Of a stretch of 64,000 nt of DNA, positions 47,820 through 56,206 are shown one piece after another. A program made the translations under genes and the position numbers. Under the pieces are notes generated by a model. That model ran no database searches. It saw only the letters and a list, made by a program, of their open reading frames with translations, and was not told where the DNA came from. Position 1 is the stretch's first letter; each line of letters opens with the position of its first letter. The stretch comes from an uncultured Coriobacteriales bacterium (GTDB lineage Bacteria; Actinomycetota; Coriobacteriia; Coriobacteriales; UMGS124), in the NCBI GenBank assembly GCA_902464015.1, contig CABQHM010000002.1, positions 1,147-65,146 of the forward strand. The letters run 5' to 3'.

Positions 47820-48485
47820 CTAGTCCTGCGGCACCTCGAGGGCGCGAATGGCCAGGTCGCACACGTGTGCGTAGAACGCGGCGCCCACGGTTTCCATGCG
47901 GTCACGGGCCGTGGCGAACCACACACGGGCATGGTCGTGCGTGAACTCATTCGTCAGGCGATTCCAGTGCAGGGCCTCCTCGGTCGCGCCCTTCTGCCAG
48001 GCAAGGGACTCGCCGTTGGCAAGATAGGCAAGAAACGCCAGCTCACAGGCGAGCGAGTCGCAACGCAGGGTGCCCTTGACCACCGGGCAGGCGGGCACCG
48101 CCGTCATATCGAAGCCGGCGGCCTTGTAGCAGCGCTGCACATGATCGGACCTTGAGCTCTGCACGCTACCGTAGTGCATCTTGCCGTCGGAGCCGACGCC
48201 GCTTCCCACCAGGCAGCTCTCCTGCAGCGGCACAAAGCGCGGGCTCACGGCAACAAAGAGCACGTCGTTGAAGCAACGGCGCAGCTCGGCGAGCTCCTCG
48301 GCAGACACTTCTCCCGACAGGCCTTCGAACTCGGCGCCAAGCGCCTGGCCAACAAGCGCCACGTCGGCAAGCACTTGCTCGCTCGGCTCGTTCAAAAACG
48401 CAGACGCGCACACGTCGAACGTGACGGCGCGGCCGCGTGCGTCCAGAGCGCGCTGCTCCAGCTCCATGTCCGTTTGCTGACCCAT
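47820..48485 (-). CDS. TorD/DmsD-family molybdoenzyme maturation chaperone
   Basis: ~220 aa acidic helical protein in the position of the private chaperone of the upstream Mo-enzyme genes. ATG 48485 follows GGGAAGAAGGGGA. Confidence 0.6.
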   Translation of the reverse strand: MGQQTDMELEQRALDARGRAVTFDVCASAFLNEPSEQVLADVALVGQALGAEFEGLSGEVSAEELAELRRCFNDVLFVAVSPRFVPLQESCLVGSGVGSDGKMHYGSVQSSRSDHVQRCYKAAGFDMTAVPACPVVKGTLRCDSLACELAFLAYLANGESLAWQKGATEEALHWNRLTNEFTHDHARVWFATARDRMETVGAAFYAHVCDLAIRALEVPQD

Positions 48486-48569
48486 GAGTTCCCCTTCTTC
48501 CCACAGCCCGGCGCGGGCCTGGCACTTGCATACAAACGGGTGGCCGCACACGTCGCACAGCCACCCTTC

Positions 48570-48915
48570 TTACATCTGACGCACATCAAACAAGATGCGC
48601 CTCACACACTTCATCTCGCAGCGCAATGCACGCGAAACGGCCGCACCGAGCGCATCGAAAACCGAGCGAGATCCGCGCGCGCTGGGAGTCTGCAGCGCGG
48701 CGCACATCAAGCAAGGCGCGTACGGAGCACTTCATTTCACAGCGCAATACGCGCAAAACAGCCCCGCTGGGCATATAAAAAAACCGAGCGAGATCCACGC
48801 ACACCGGGAGTCCGCAGGCGGCGCACACGCGACACCCGCCTCGCGCGCCACGCGCCCCACAGCGCCGGGCGGCGCACACCAACCACTGCGCACGCCGCCC
48901 GGCACAAGGCATTGC
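48570..48915 (-). repeat. ~121-bp tandem repeat (2 copies plus a partial third) in the gap between the 4Fe-4S and TorD-like genes
   Basis: Units 48581-48701 and 48702-48822 are clearly homologous. CTTACATCT at 48569 copies the real gene end at 48915. Confidence 0.75.
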
Positions 48916-49542
48916 TTACATCTCGTAGGGCGTCTTGACGTTGCCGCCCTGCTGCACGTTGGAAACGCGCTTCATGGCAAGGGCGCTGTTGAGGCCGATG
49001 TAGTGAATCTCCGGGCCCAGGCCCTCCTCGGGCAGCAGCACGTCGGTCTCGCCGGCGGCAGCGATGGCCTTGCTGATGTCGCTGTCGGGGTCGTTGAGGT
49101 CGCCGAACATACGGGCGCCGGCCACGCAGGCACCCACGCAAGCAGGCAGCATGCCAAGCTGGGTGCGGTGGTGGCAGAACGTGCACTTGCGCACGAGGTT
49201 CTCCTCGTCCACATGGTAACGGGCCTCGTAGGGGCAGGCAGCCACGCAGGCGTCGCAGCCGATGCACTTCTCGTCATCAATCTGCACGGTGCCGTCCTCG
49301 GCGATGTAGCTCGCGCCGGTGGGGCAGGCCGCCACGCAGGCGGGGTTGTCGCAGTGGTTGCACTGCTTGGGCACGTTGGAGCGGCGCACATAGCCGTTGC
49401 CATCCTCAACGTCCCAGCTCTCGATCCACGTGTTGAACTTGGTCAGCGGCGTCTCGTTCTCCAGACGGCATGCCACGACGCAGGCGTTGCAGCCGATGCA
49501 CTTCGCCAGGTCGATGAGCATACCCAGTCGCATATCGCTCAC
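48916..49542 (-). CDS. 4Fe-4S ferredoxin-type electron-transfer subunit (DmsB/PsrB-like)
   Basis: Four Cys clusters: CIGCNACVVAC, CNHCDNPACVAACP, CIGCDACVAACP and CTFC.... Confidence 0.9.
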   Translation of the reverse strand: MSDMRLGMLIDLAKCIGCNACVVACRLENETPLTKFNTWIESWDVEDGNGYVRRSNVPKQCNHCDNPACVAACPTGASYIAEDGTVQIDDEKCIGCDACVAACPYEARYHVDEENLVRKCTFCHHRTQLGMLPACVGACVAGARMFGDLNDPDSDISKAIAAAGETDVLLPEEGLGPEIHYIGLNSALAMKRVSNVQQGGNVKTPYEM

Positions 49543-49552
49543 GATGCCCTCC

Positions 49553-52500
49553 TTAGGCCTTCTCGATCTTGTACATGTTGCCGGTACGGGCAGGCGTGCC
49601 AGCGTCGTTGTCGGACAGCGCGTAGATCACGTCGTCGCCCACGGTGGGGTCGAGCATGACCTCCAGGTGGATACCGGCGGCCGCACCAGCGTCGCCCGGC
49701 GTCACCGTGCCGTCCACGTCCATGTCCTGGGCGCCCCAAGCGGTGTGGCCGTAACCGGTGGCAACGGCGATGTTGCCGCGGGCGACACCGGCGCGCACCA
49801 TGGCGGCACCGAGCATGACGTCGCCCGTGGGGTTGGTCACGCGAACCTGCTCACCGTCGGAAATGCCCAGCTCAGCGGCATCGTCGGCGTTCATCTCGAT
49901 GTAGTTAGTGGCGCAGATGTCACGCAGCACCGGGTTGTTGGCCTGCATCGAGATGGAGCGGAAGCGAGGCTTGTAGGTCGTGGCGCCGAAGGGGAACTCC
50001 TCGGCGTCGAAGGCCTCGTCGAGCGGGGTGCCGTCGGCCAGGGACTGCGGCGTGTAGTGCAGCGTACCGCTGGGGTACTCGCCCGAGTAGGGGTTCTTGT
50101 GCGTGGCCTTCTTTTCGCCCCAGATGAAGCACTCGAAGGGCTTGCCAGCGTAGGCGTTGCGCTTGCCGTCGCCCAGGCACTCCTCGATGGGGTGGAAGCG
50201 GCTGCCGCGCGACATGACCTTGAGGACCTTGGGCCACTCCTCCTCCTTGACGGAGGCCTTCCACTTCTCGGGGAGGTTGTCGAGGCCCTGGAGGTGCATC
50301 TCCTCCTCGGTGATGTCCTCAACAGGCTCGCCGTCGTAGGCGAGGTTCGCGAGGGCCTTCACGTAGAAGTCGCAGGCCTCGTTGTAGGGGTAGGCGTTGC
50401 CGTCGACGTCGAACAGCGCGTTGTCACCGAAGCCGGGCACGCCGCAGGCCTTGGACACGTCGGCGATGAAGGCCTCCCACGAAGCGTTGCGACCGTCGTC
50501 GAGCAGCATGGACTCAGCCTGCTTGACCGGCCAGCGCACCGCGTCGCCATAGCCGGCCCAACCCTCCATGTCCAGCACGCCCCAGCTCTCGTAGGGGTTC
50601 GTGTCAGGCACGATGTAGTCGGCGTACTGGGTGTCCTCGCCCATCACGACGTCGCAGGAGATGACGAGCGGGATGATGTCGGGGTCCTTCAGGCGCTCGA
50701 CCACGGAGTCGCGCAGGGCGCCGGGGGCCATGGTCAGGGTGCTCTTCATGAAGATGAGCATGATCTTGCACTGGTAGGGATACTGGTTGATGATCGACCA
50801 GAGCATCTGGTTGTCGGCGTTGCCGCTGGTAGCGTAGTACGGCAGCTTGGGCTGGGGGTTCTCCTCGCCGGCGGCCACGCGGTTCTTGTACTCGTCGGTG
50901 TCTTCCCAGGCCTTGTTCGTACGGGACAGCGACGTGGCCTTGTTCTCGGGGATGCCCTCGACCATGGAGGTCGACAGCTTGTAGCGAGCGCCGTTGCCGT
51001 CAGCGCCTGCGCCCATGTTGGTGGGAGCAGCGCCGCCGACCATCTCGCAGGAGCCCACGAGGGCGTTGAGGATGCGGTAGGCGAAAGCGGTCTCAAGGCC
51101 GTTCTGGGTGCCCGAGCCGCCCATGAGGCGAGCAGAGGACTTGGTGCCGTGAGAGGTGAACTCCTTGGCGATGCGGTTGATCTCCTCGACGCTCACGCCG
51201 CAGATCTCGGAGTACTCCTCGGGAGTCTTCTCATAGATGCTCTCGAGCATGAGCGACCAAGCGGTGCGCACGTGCACGCCGTTGACCTCGCCGTCGAAGT
51301 CGAGGTCAGCCTGGGTGCAGGTGGTGTTCACGACAGGCTCGCCGGTGGCGGAGTCGATGCACACGCGGAAGTCGGGATCGGAGGCACCCTCCTCGAGCAC
51401 GGGGGTCTCAAGGCCGGCCTGCTCGGGGCGCAGGAACTTGCGGTAGTTCTCGTCGGCTTCGTCCACCACGACGAGCAGCGTGGCGTTGGAGAAGGAGCCG
51501 TAGCCGGCGTCCCATGCGGCCTGGAAGTTGGGGAAGCGCAGGTACTCCTCGTTGTAGGCCTCGTTGTCCACGATCCACTGCACCGCGGCGCAGGAGAAGG
51601 CGGGGTTGGTGGAAGCCTTGATCGGCACCCAGTTGATGCCGGGCATGGTGGGCGTGACGTTGCCGTTGCCCAGCACCGGGTCGAGGACGTCCATCTTGCA
51701 CTCGCCGTCGCGCAGGCGCTTGGCCGAACGCTTGGCGATGCCCTGGAAGCTGTTGCCCGTGGCGCCGGGGAACTCGCCCATCCACAGGATGTACTCGCAG
51801 AAGTCGACGTCGGAGATGGCGCCGACGGAGCGCTTCTCGGTGAGGGGCTTGGCCCACTGGGCGCAGCCGCAGGTGGAGCCGTGGCCGACCTGGTTGACCG
51901 TGCCGAAGCCCTTCACGAAGCGGCCCGAGGTGCCGTAACGACCGTCGGAGCGGCCGCCCATGAGCACGAGCTGGTTGGAGACGGTGCCCAGGTCGGGACG
52001 CTCGGGGTCGATGAGGGTGGTGTTGTCATGAACGGCCTTGAAGCCCTCGATCTCGCGGTCCTCGCCCAGGTCGGCGAAGAGCTTGCCGCCCTCGGTGACC
52101 TCGGTGATGAGCTGATCCCAGGAGATGGCCGTCCACTTGTTCTCACCGCGCTTGCCGGCGCGCTTGAGGGGCGTGGTGATACGGTCGGGCTGGCTGTACA
52201 TGACCCAGGTTCCCTGGCCGCGGGCGCACACGGTGCCGTGCGTGGTGTTGCCGCAGCCGTTGGCAAAGCTCTGGGCGCGGTACGCGTCGTCCAGCGATGC
52301 CTCGAAAGGCAGGCACGGATAAGCGCTGTTCACGTGATAGGGGTTGCCGCCCACCGACAGCACGCGACCGGTCTCGCGGTCGATCTTCACGCGGTTGCCG
52401 CAGTCGCAGTAGCACCCCAGGCACGTGCTGTAGCGCACGATGACGTCGTCGTTGACGGTGAGCTCACCGGTCTTGGGGTCGACCTTCGCCTCGACGGGCT

Positions 52501-52645
52501 GGCCCTTGGTGGGTGCCGGGAACTCCGCCTCGTCGGCGAGAGCCGCGGGGGCGTTGCCCAAAAGGCCGGTGCCCGCAACCGTGAGCAGACCTGCGGCTGC
52601 CATGCCGGCAGTGAATGTCCTTCGGTCCATGCAGATCGGATTCAT
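49553..52645 (-). CDS. TAT-exported bis-MGD molybdopterin oxidoreductase catalytic subunit (DMSO reductase superfamily), substrate unknown
   Basis: Twin-arginine signal MDRRTFTAGMAAAGLLTVAG...ALA. FS0 motif CLGCYCDC-x28-C (C-x2-C-x3-C-x28-C). ~1030 aa. RBS AAGGAGGAGGAA before ATG 52645. Confidence 0.85.
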   Translation of the reverse strand: MNPICMDRRTFTAGMAAAGLLTVAGTGLLGNAPAALADEAEFPAPTKGQPVEAKVDPKTGELTVNDDVIVRYSTCLGCYCDCGNRVKIDRETGRVLSVGGNPYHVNSAYPCLPFEASLDDAYRAQSFANGCGNTTHGTVCARGQGTWVMYSQPDRITTPLKRAGKRGENKWTAISWDQLITEVTEGGKLFADLGEDREIEGFKAVHDNTTLIDPERPDLGTVSNQLVLMGGRSDGRYGTSGRFVKGFGTVNQVGHGSTCGCAQWAKPLTEKRSVGAISDVDFCEYILWMGEFPGATGNSFQGIAKRSAKRLRDGECKMDVLDPVLGNGNVTPTMPGINWVPIKASTNPAFSCAAVQWIVDNEAYNEEYLRFPNFQAAWDAGYGSFSNATLLVVVDEADENYRKFLRPEQAGLETPVLEEGASDPDFRVCIDSATGEPVVNTTCTQADLDFDGEVNGVHVRTAWSLMLESIYEKTPEEYSEICGVSVEEINRIAKEFTSHGTKSSARLMGGSGTQNGLETAFAYRILNALVGSCEMVGGAAPTNMGAGADGNGARYKLSTSMVEGIPENKATSLSRTNKAWEDTDEYKNRVAAGEENPQPKLPYYATSGNADNQMLWSIINQYPYQCKIMLIFMKSTLTMAPGALRDSVVERLKDPDIIPLVISCDVVMGEDTQYADYIVPDTNPYESWGVLDMEGWAGYGDAVRWPVKQAESMLLDDGRNASWEAFIADVSKACGVPGFGDNALFDVDGNAYPYNEACDFYVKALANLAYDGEPVEDITEEEMHLQGLDNLPEKWKASVKEEEWPKVLKVMSRGSRFHPIEECLGDGKRNAYAGKPFECFIWGEKKATHKNPYSGEYPSGTLHYTPQSLADGTPLDEAFDAEEFPFGATTYKPRFRSISMQANNPVLRDICATNYIEMNADDAAELGISDGEQVRVTNPTGDVMLGAAMVRAGVARGNIAVATGYGHTAWGAQDMDVDGTVTPGDAGAAAGIHLEVMLDPTVGDDVIYALSDNDAGTPARTGNMYKIEKA

Positions 52646-52939
52646 GTTCCTCCTCCTTGACTGTCCCTTACATATATGTGGGTCTCCGCGGCGACCGCGC
52701 TTCCCCGCGCAAGGTCGCCTCGGTACGTTGCGGCGCATGTGCGCCCACGCCGTTGCCCACCTCGATGCACTATGTCAAGAATGTTTCCGAGACACATCCA
52801 AACGTTGTTGCTATATCGCCAAATCCGCAACATTCCTGGCACCGAACTGAGATTCGAGCTCATTACCACGTTGTGACTATTGCAATTTGTCTGCCCTGGT
52901 AGGCATACTTAATCAGATACAACGAGTGTAGGGGGCACC

Positions 52940-54646
52940 ATGGGAGAGACCATTCGCGGCCTTAAGATGCTGTGTCGGCGCAACATCGGGTTCGCGTTCT
53001 TTTTGGCTTGGAACTACATAGCCTTGTACGGCTGCGGCATGGCCATTGGGTCGTTCGTGCCGTACAACCTTGAGTTCATCTGGCTCGTGGCCGCGGCCTC
53101 GACCGCGCTTGTGGCGGCCGTCGCAACGGCAGGCATCACGCGCGGGCACATGTTTGACGAGGCCCGCATGGGCAAGGTCGCCGCCGCATGCGCCATCGTG
53201 GGCAACGTGGCGCTGTGGTCGAGCTACGCCTTCAAGCAGTTCTTCTGGGTGCTCTTTCCCATCGCCGGCCTCACCTACGGCATGACGATTGCCCTCTTCA
53301 CCATCGCATGGGGCGCGCGCCTCACGGCATGCAACGAGGCGCGCATCGAGTTCGACGTGGTGGCGTGCCTCACCATCGCGTTCGCCCTCTATACCGTGAC
53401 GCTTCCCATCAAGCTGTGGGGCACGGTCGACCTGGCCGCGGAGTGCATCCTGCCGTGCCTCTCCGCCTGGCTTGTGGCCCGGCCTTTCGACGACCCCGAC
53501 GACGCCTGGGCCAAGGCGCGCCGGGCGCATGGTGTCGCGTCGCCTTTCGGGCATCATGAGGTGGAAGACGGCCACAAGGAGGACGATGTCCGAGCGGGCG
53601 ACGGTGCGCAGGCAAACGGCTCCCGAGCGGGGGTAGGGCGCGCCCAGGCGTGCGGCGATCAAGCGCAGGCAAGCGGCGCGCAGGCAAGTGGGGCCCGAGC
53701 GGGGGCAAAGCCTCTGGTCTCCGTGAAGTCCACCGCACCTGAGGTGCCCTCGCTCACGAAGGCCCTCATCATGATGGGGTCGCTGTGGTTCCTCGTCGCC
53801 TTTTTGCGCGTCGTGGATGCCCCGGTCAACGCCTACAACCGCTACGACCGCTACCTCATCGCCTTCTCCATCGGCTTTTTCGTGACGCTCGTGTTGTTTG
53901 TCGTGCTGATCCATGCCATGCGCTATGTCGACATGTCGATGGGTTTCCGCTGGCTGCTGCCGTTCGCCGCGCTCAACGTGCTCGTGCTGTGGGCCGGCGG
54001 CGAGTCGCTTGCGTGCCACAAGGCGGCCTATGCCATCGTGCACGCCGGCATGTTCGGCATGCAGATGTCCACGTGGATCGCACTGGCAAAGTACCTGCGG
54101 AGAACCTCCGTCGCGCCCGCTCCGGCGTTTGCCGGCTACGCCCTGGCCGAGGGCCTGGGCATCTTCCTTGGATGCGGCTCGGCCCTGCTTGCCGTGAAGC
54201 TTCTGGATGAGCGCGACCTCTTCTGCGCCATACTGGCCGCGATGTGCCTGGTTGTGCTCGTGGTGATGATGACGGGCTTCAGTCCCGACTGGTATTTCTC
54301 CAGAACGAGCCACCAGAGCAACCGGGCGATGCGCCCTGTCGAGGCCAAAGAGGAGACTGCAGCTCCCGTCGCGTCTGACAAGAACGCCGCGCACGAGGAG
54401 ATGATGCGCGAGCGCGCCGAAATGCTCCGGGATGCCTTCGGGCTCACCGAGCGCGAGACCGAGGTGTGCGCCCTGCTGCTGGGCGGGCGCAGCCGCCCCT
54501 TCATCCGCGACGAGCTCGGCATCTCGCTCAACACCGTGCACGCCCATGCCCGCAACATCCTTTCCAAGTGCGGCGTGCACTCGCAAAGGGAGCTCATCGA
54601 CCTGGAGCCCATCGCGACCGGCGGGACAAGAGACAAGGCGGCGTAG
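52940..54646 (+). CDS. membrane-embedded LuxR-family transcriptional regulator
   Basis: Multi-TM N-terminus. HTH LTERETEVCALLLGGRSRPFIRDELGISLNTVHAHARNILSKC. Divergent from the Mo-enzyme operon. Confidence 0.85.
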   Translation: MGETIRGLKMLCRRNIGFAFFLAWNYIALYGCGMAIGSFVPYNLEFIWLVAAASTALVAAVATAGITRGHMFDEARMGKVAAACAIVGNVALWSSYAFKQFFWVLFPIAGLTYGMTIALFTIAWGARLTACNEARIEFDVVACLTIAFALYTVTLPIKLWGTVDLAAECILPCLSAWLVARPFDDPDDAWAKARRAHGVASPFGHHEVEDGHKEDDVRAGDGAQANGSRAGVGRAQACGDQAQASGAQASGARAGAKPLVSVKSTAPEVPSLTKALIMMGSLWFLVAFLRVVDAPVNAYNRYDRYLIAFSIGFFVTLVLFVVLIHAMRYVDMSMGFRWLLPFAALNVLVLWAGGESLACHKAAYAIVHAGMFGMQMSTWIALAKYLRRTSVAPAPAFAGYALAEGLGIFLGCGSALLAVKLLDERDLFCAILAAMCLVVLVVMMTGFSPDWYFSRTSHQSNRAMRPVEAKEETAAPVASDKNAAHEEMMRERAEMLRDAFGLTERETEVCALLLGGRSRPFIRDELGISLNTVHAHARNILSKCGVHSQRELIDLEPIATGGTRDKAA

Positions 54647-54968
54647 AAGGCTCGCAACCGCTCGGCAACCTTGCGTAGCAGCCGCAACCAGGTAGAATGC
54701 AACCAAACGCTACCGCTGGTTGGTTGTGGAGCGGCCCGCGCAACCACACAATGGGGTTCAAATCCCATGCAGGGAGGAGCCGCTGAACGCACAGCTCGCG
54801 CTCGAGGCCAAGGCAATCGAAGGCGTGCCCCGCTGGCATCGCCGGACATGCCCACTGCGGTCGTCGCGCACTGCCCGCAGGACGTGCAGTCGCCCCGAGT
54901 CGCCTACCGCCAGGCGCGCGCCGCGTTCGTCGTGCACCCTCCCTGCAGACACGCGAAAGGAAGCCCCC

Positions 54969-55934
54969 ATGAGCACCAGCGCCAACATCCGTCACCTACG
55001 CGCCACCAAAGGCATGACCCAGGAACAGCTCGCCATGCTCGTCGGCGTGAGCCGGCAGGCCATCGCCAAATGGGAGGCCGGCGGCACCTATCCCGAGACA
55101 GAGAAGCTCATCCGCCTCTCCCAAATCTTTGAATGCTCGCTCGACGACATCATCACAGGCGACCTCACGAGCCGTCCCATCGAGACTGCGGCACCCGCGC
55201 CCGGCTCCCCACAGGACATCTGCGGCTACGACCAGGCCATGCGCAGCTTCGCGATGCGCCTTGCCTGCGGTGCGGCAATCATTCTGCTTGCCATTGGAGT
55301 CGGTCTGCTGCTCGAGGGCTTCGTCGGCCCCATCGTGGCCGAAGGCGTCATCTGTCTGGCCTTTGTCCTGGCCGGCGTGGCTGCTGGCGTGGCCATAATC
55401 GTGCCTGCGTGCATCCGCAGGCAGACATTCAACCGCGAGCACCCTTTTGTGGAAGACTTCTACACCACCGATGACCGCGCCGGCGCCGGTAAGCTTCTGG
55501 GTTGGGGAATCGGCGGCGGCGTGGCGCTCATCCTGGCAGGCGTGCTCCTCTGCGAGCTACTCGAATCCTGGAAGAACTTTGTGGGCGCAGGCACGCTGCT
55601 CGTGTGCATTGGCCTGGGCGTGTGGCTGCTCATCTATGCCGCGGTCATGCACGGCCGCCTCAACGTGGAGTCCTACAACCTCGAGATTGCCGAGTCCATG
55701 AGCTACCAGGCAATCGAGGAGGTCATCGACCCCGTGCTGCGCGAGCAGATGCGCCTGCACAAGCGCCGCAACGCCCTCGGCGGCACGCTGTGCTCCATCT
55801 GCATCCTCGTGGCCACTATCGTCGGCCTCATCCTGCTGTTCTCCGACAACGAATACTTCTGGCTCTCCTGGGCCATCGGCGGCATCAGCTGCGGCATCGT
55901 CGCCGCCATCGTGGAACTTGCGATAAAGAAGTAG
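54969..55934 (+). CDS. XRE-family HTH regulator fused to a multi-TM domain
   Basis: IRHLRATKGMTQEQLAMLVGVSRQAIAKWEAGGTYPE is an HTH_3 motif. It is followed by 4-5 hydrophobic helices. RBS GAAAGGAAG. Confidence 0.8.
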   Translation: MSTSANIRHLRATKGMTQEQLAMLVGVSRQAIAKWEAGGTYPETEKLIRLSQIFECSLDDIITGDLTSRPIETAAPAPGSPQDICGYDQAMRSFAMRLACGAAIILLAIGVGLLLEGFVGPIVAEGVICLAFVLAGVAAGVAIIVPACIRRQTFNREHPFVEDFYTTDDRAGAGKLLGWGIGGGVALILAGVLLCELLESWKNFVGAGTLLVCIGLGVWLLIYAAVMHGRLNVESYNLEIAESMSYQAIEEVIDPVLREQMRLHKRRNALGGTLCSICILVATIVGLILLFSDNEYFWLSWAIGGISCGIVAAIVELAIKK

Positions 55935-55959
55935 GCGCAGGCCACCACTCAACACCACC

Positions 55960-56206
55960 CGCCTCGCCCGGCCCCGCAAAAAAACCACGCACGTTTGCGT
56001 TTTAATTCGACCGGGGCAGGTAGCCCGAATTGTCGCGCATCATCTACCAGGCAGAACGTCATGCCGTACCGAGACTGTTCTCGCCGGCCCAACATTAAAA
56101 CGCAAACGTGCGCTTATTTTGACGCCGAGGCGGCGGCGAGGCTACCCCGCCACCGCCTCGCAGGCTGTCTCGAGCTCGGCGTCGCACGCAAAGCTACGCC
56201 AGGGTC
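55960..56206 (+). repeat. direct repeat copy A (~230-250 bp) containing a 125-bp palindromic-ended element (55988-56112) and a relic gene 3' end
   Basis: Aligns with 61229-61470. 19-bp perfect TIRs CGCACGTTTGCGTTTTAAT / ATTAAAACGCAAACGTGCG. The relic reads ...SFACDAELETACEAVAG-stop on the minus strand. Confidence 0.85.

Noticed and set aside
45943-48990. Diversity-generating retroelement (TR/VR) explanation for the gene-3'-end repeat copies
   Set aside because: The window has no reverse transcriptase or Avd-like gene. Mismatches between copies are not restricted to adenine positions. The copies are tandem and include stop codons and non-coding flanks.
49397-52660. 1087-aa plus-strand ORF
   Set aside because: It is a shadow ORF antisense to the molybdoenzyme gene. 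Its composition is the V/G/A/H/L/D-rich pattern typical of reverse-strand frames in high-GC DNA, and it has no motifs. The minus-strand product has clear TAT, FS0 and MopB features.
54735-54780. tRNA-like T-loop sequence GGGGTTCAAATCCCAT
   Set aside because: No acceptor stem partner, D-arm or anticodon arm can be built upstream, and the T-stem pairs only 3 bp. At most it is a tRNA 3'-end relic, and it is not reportable as a tRNA.
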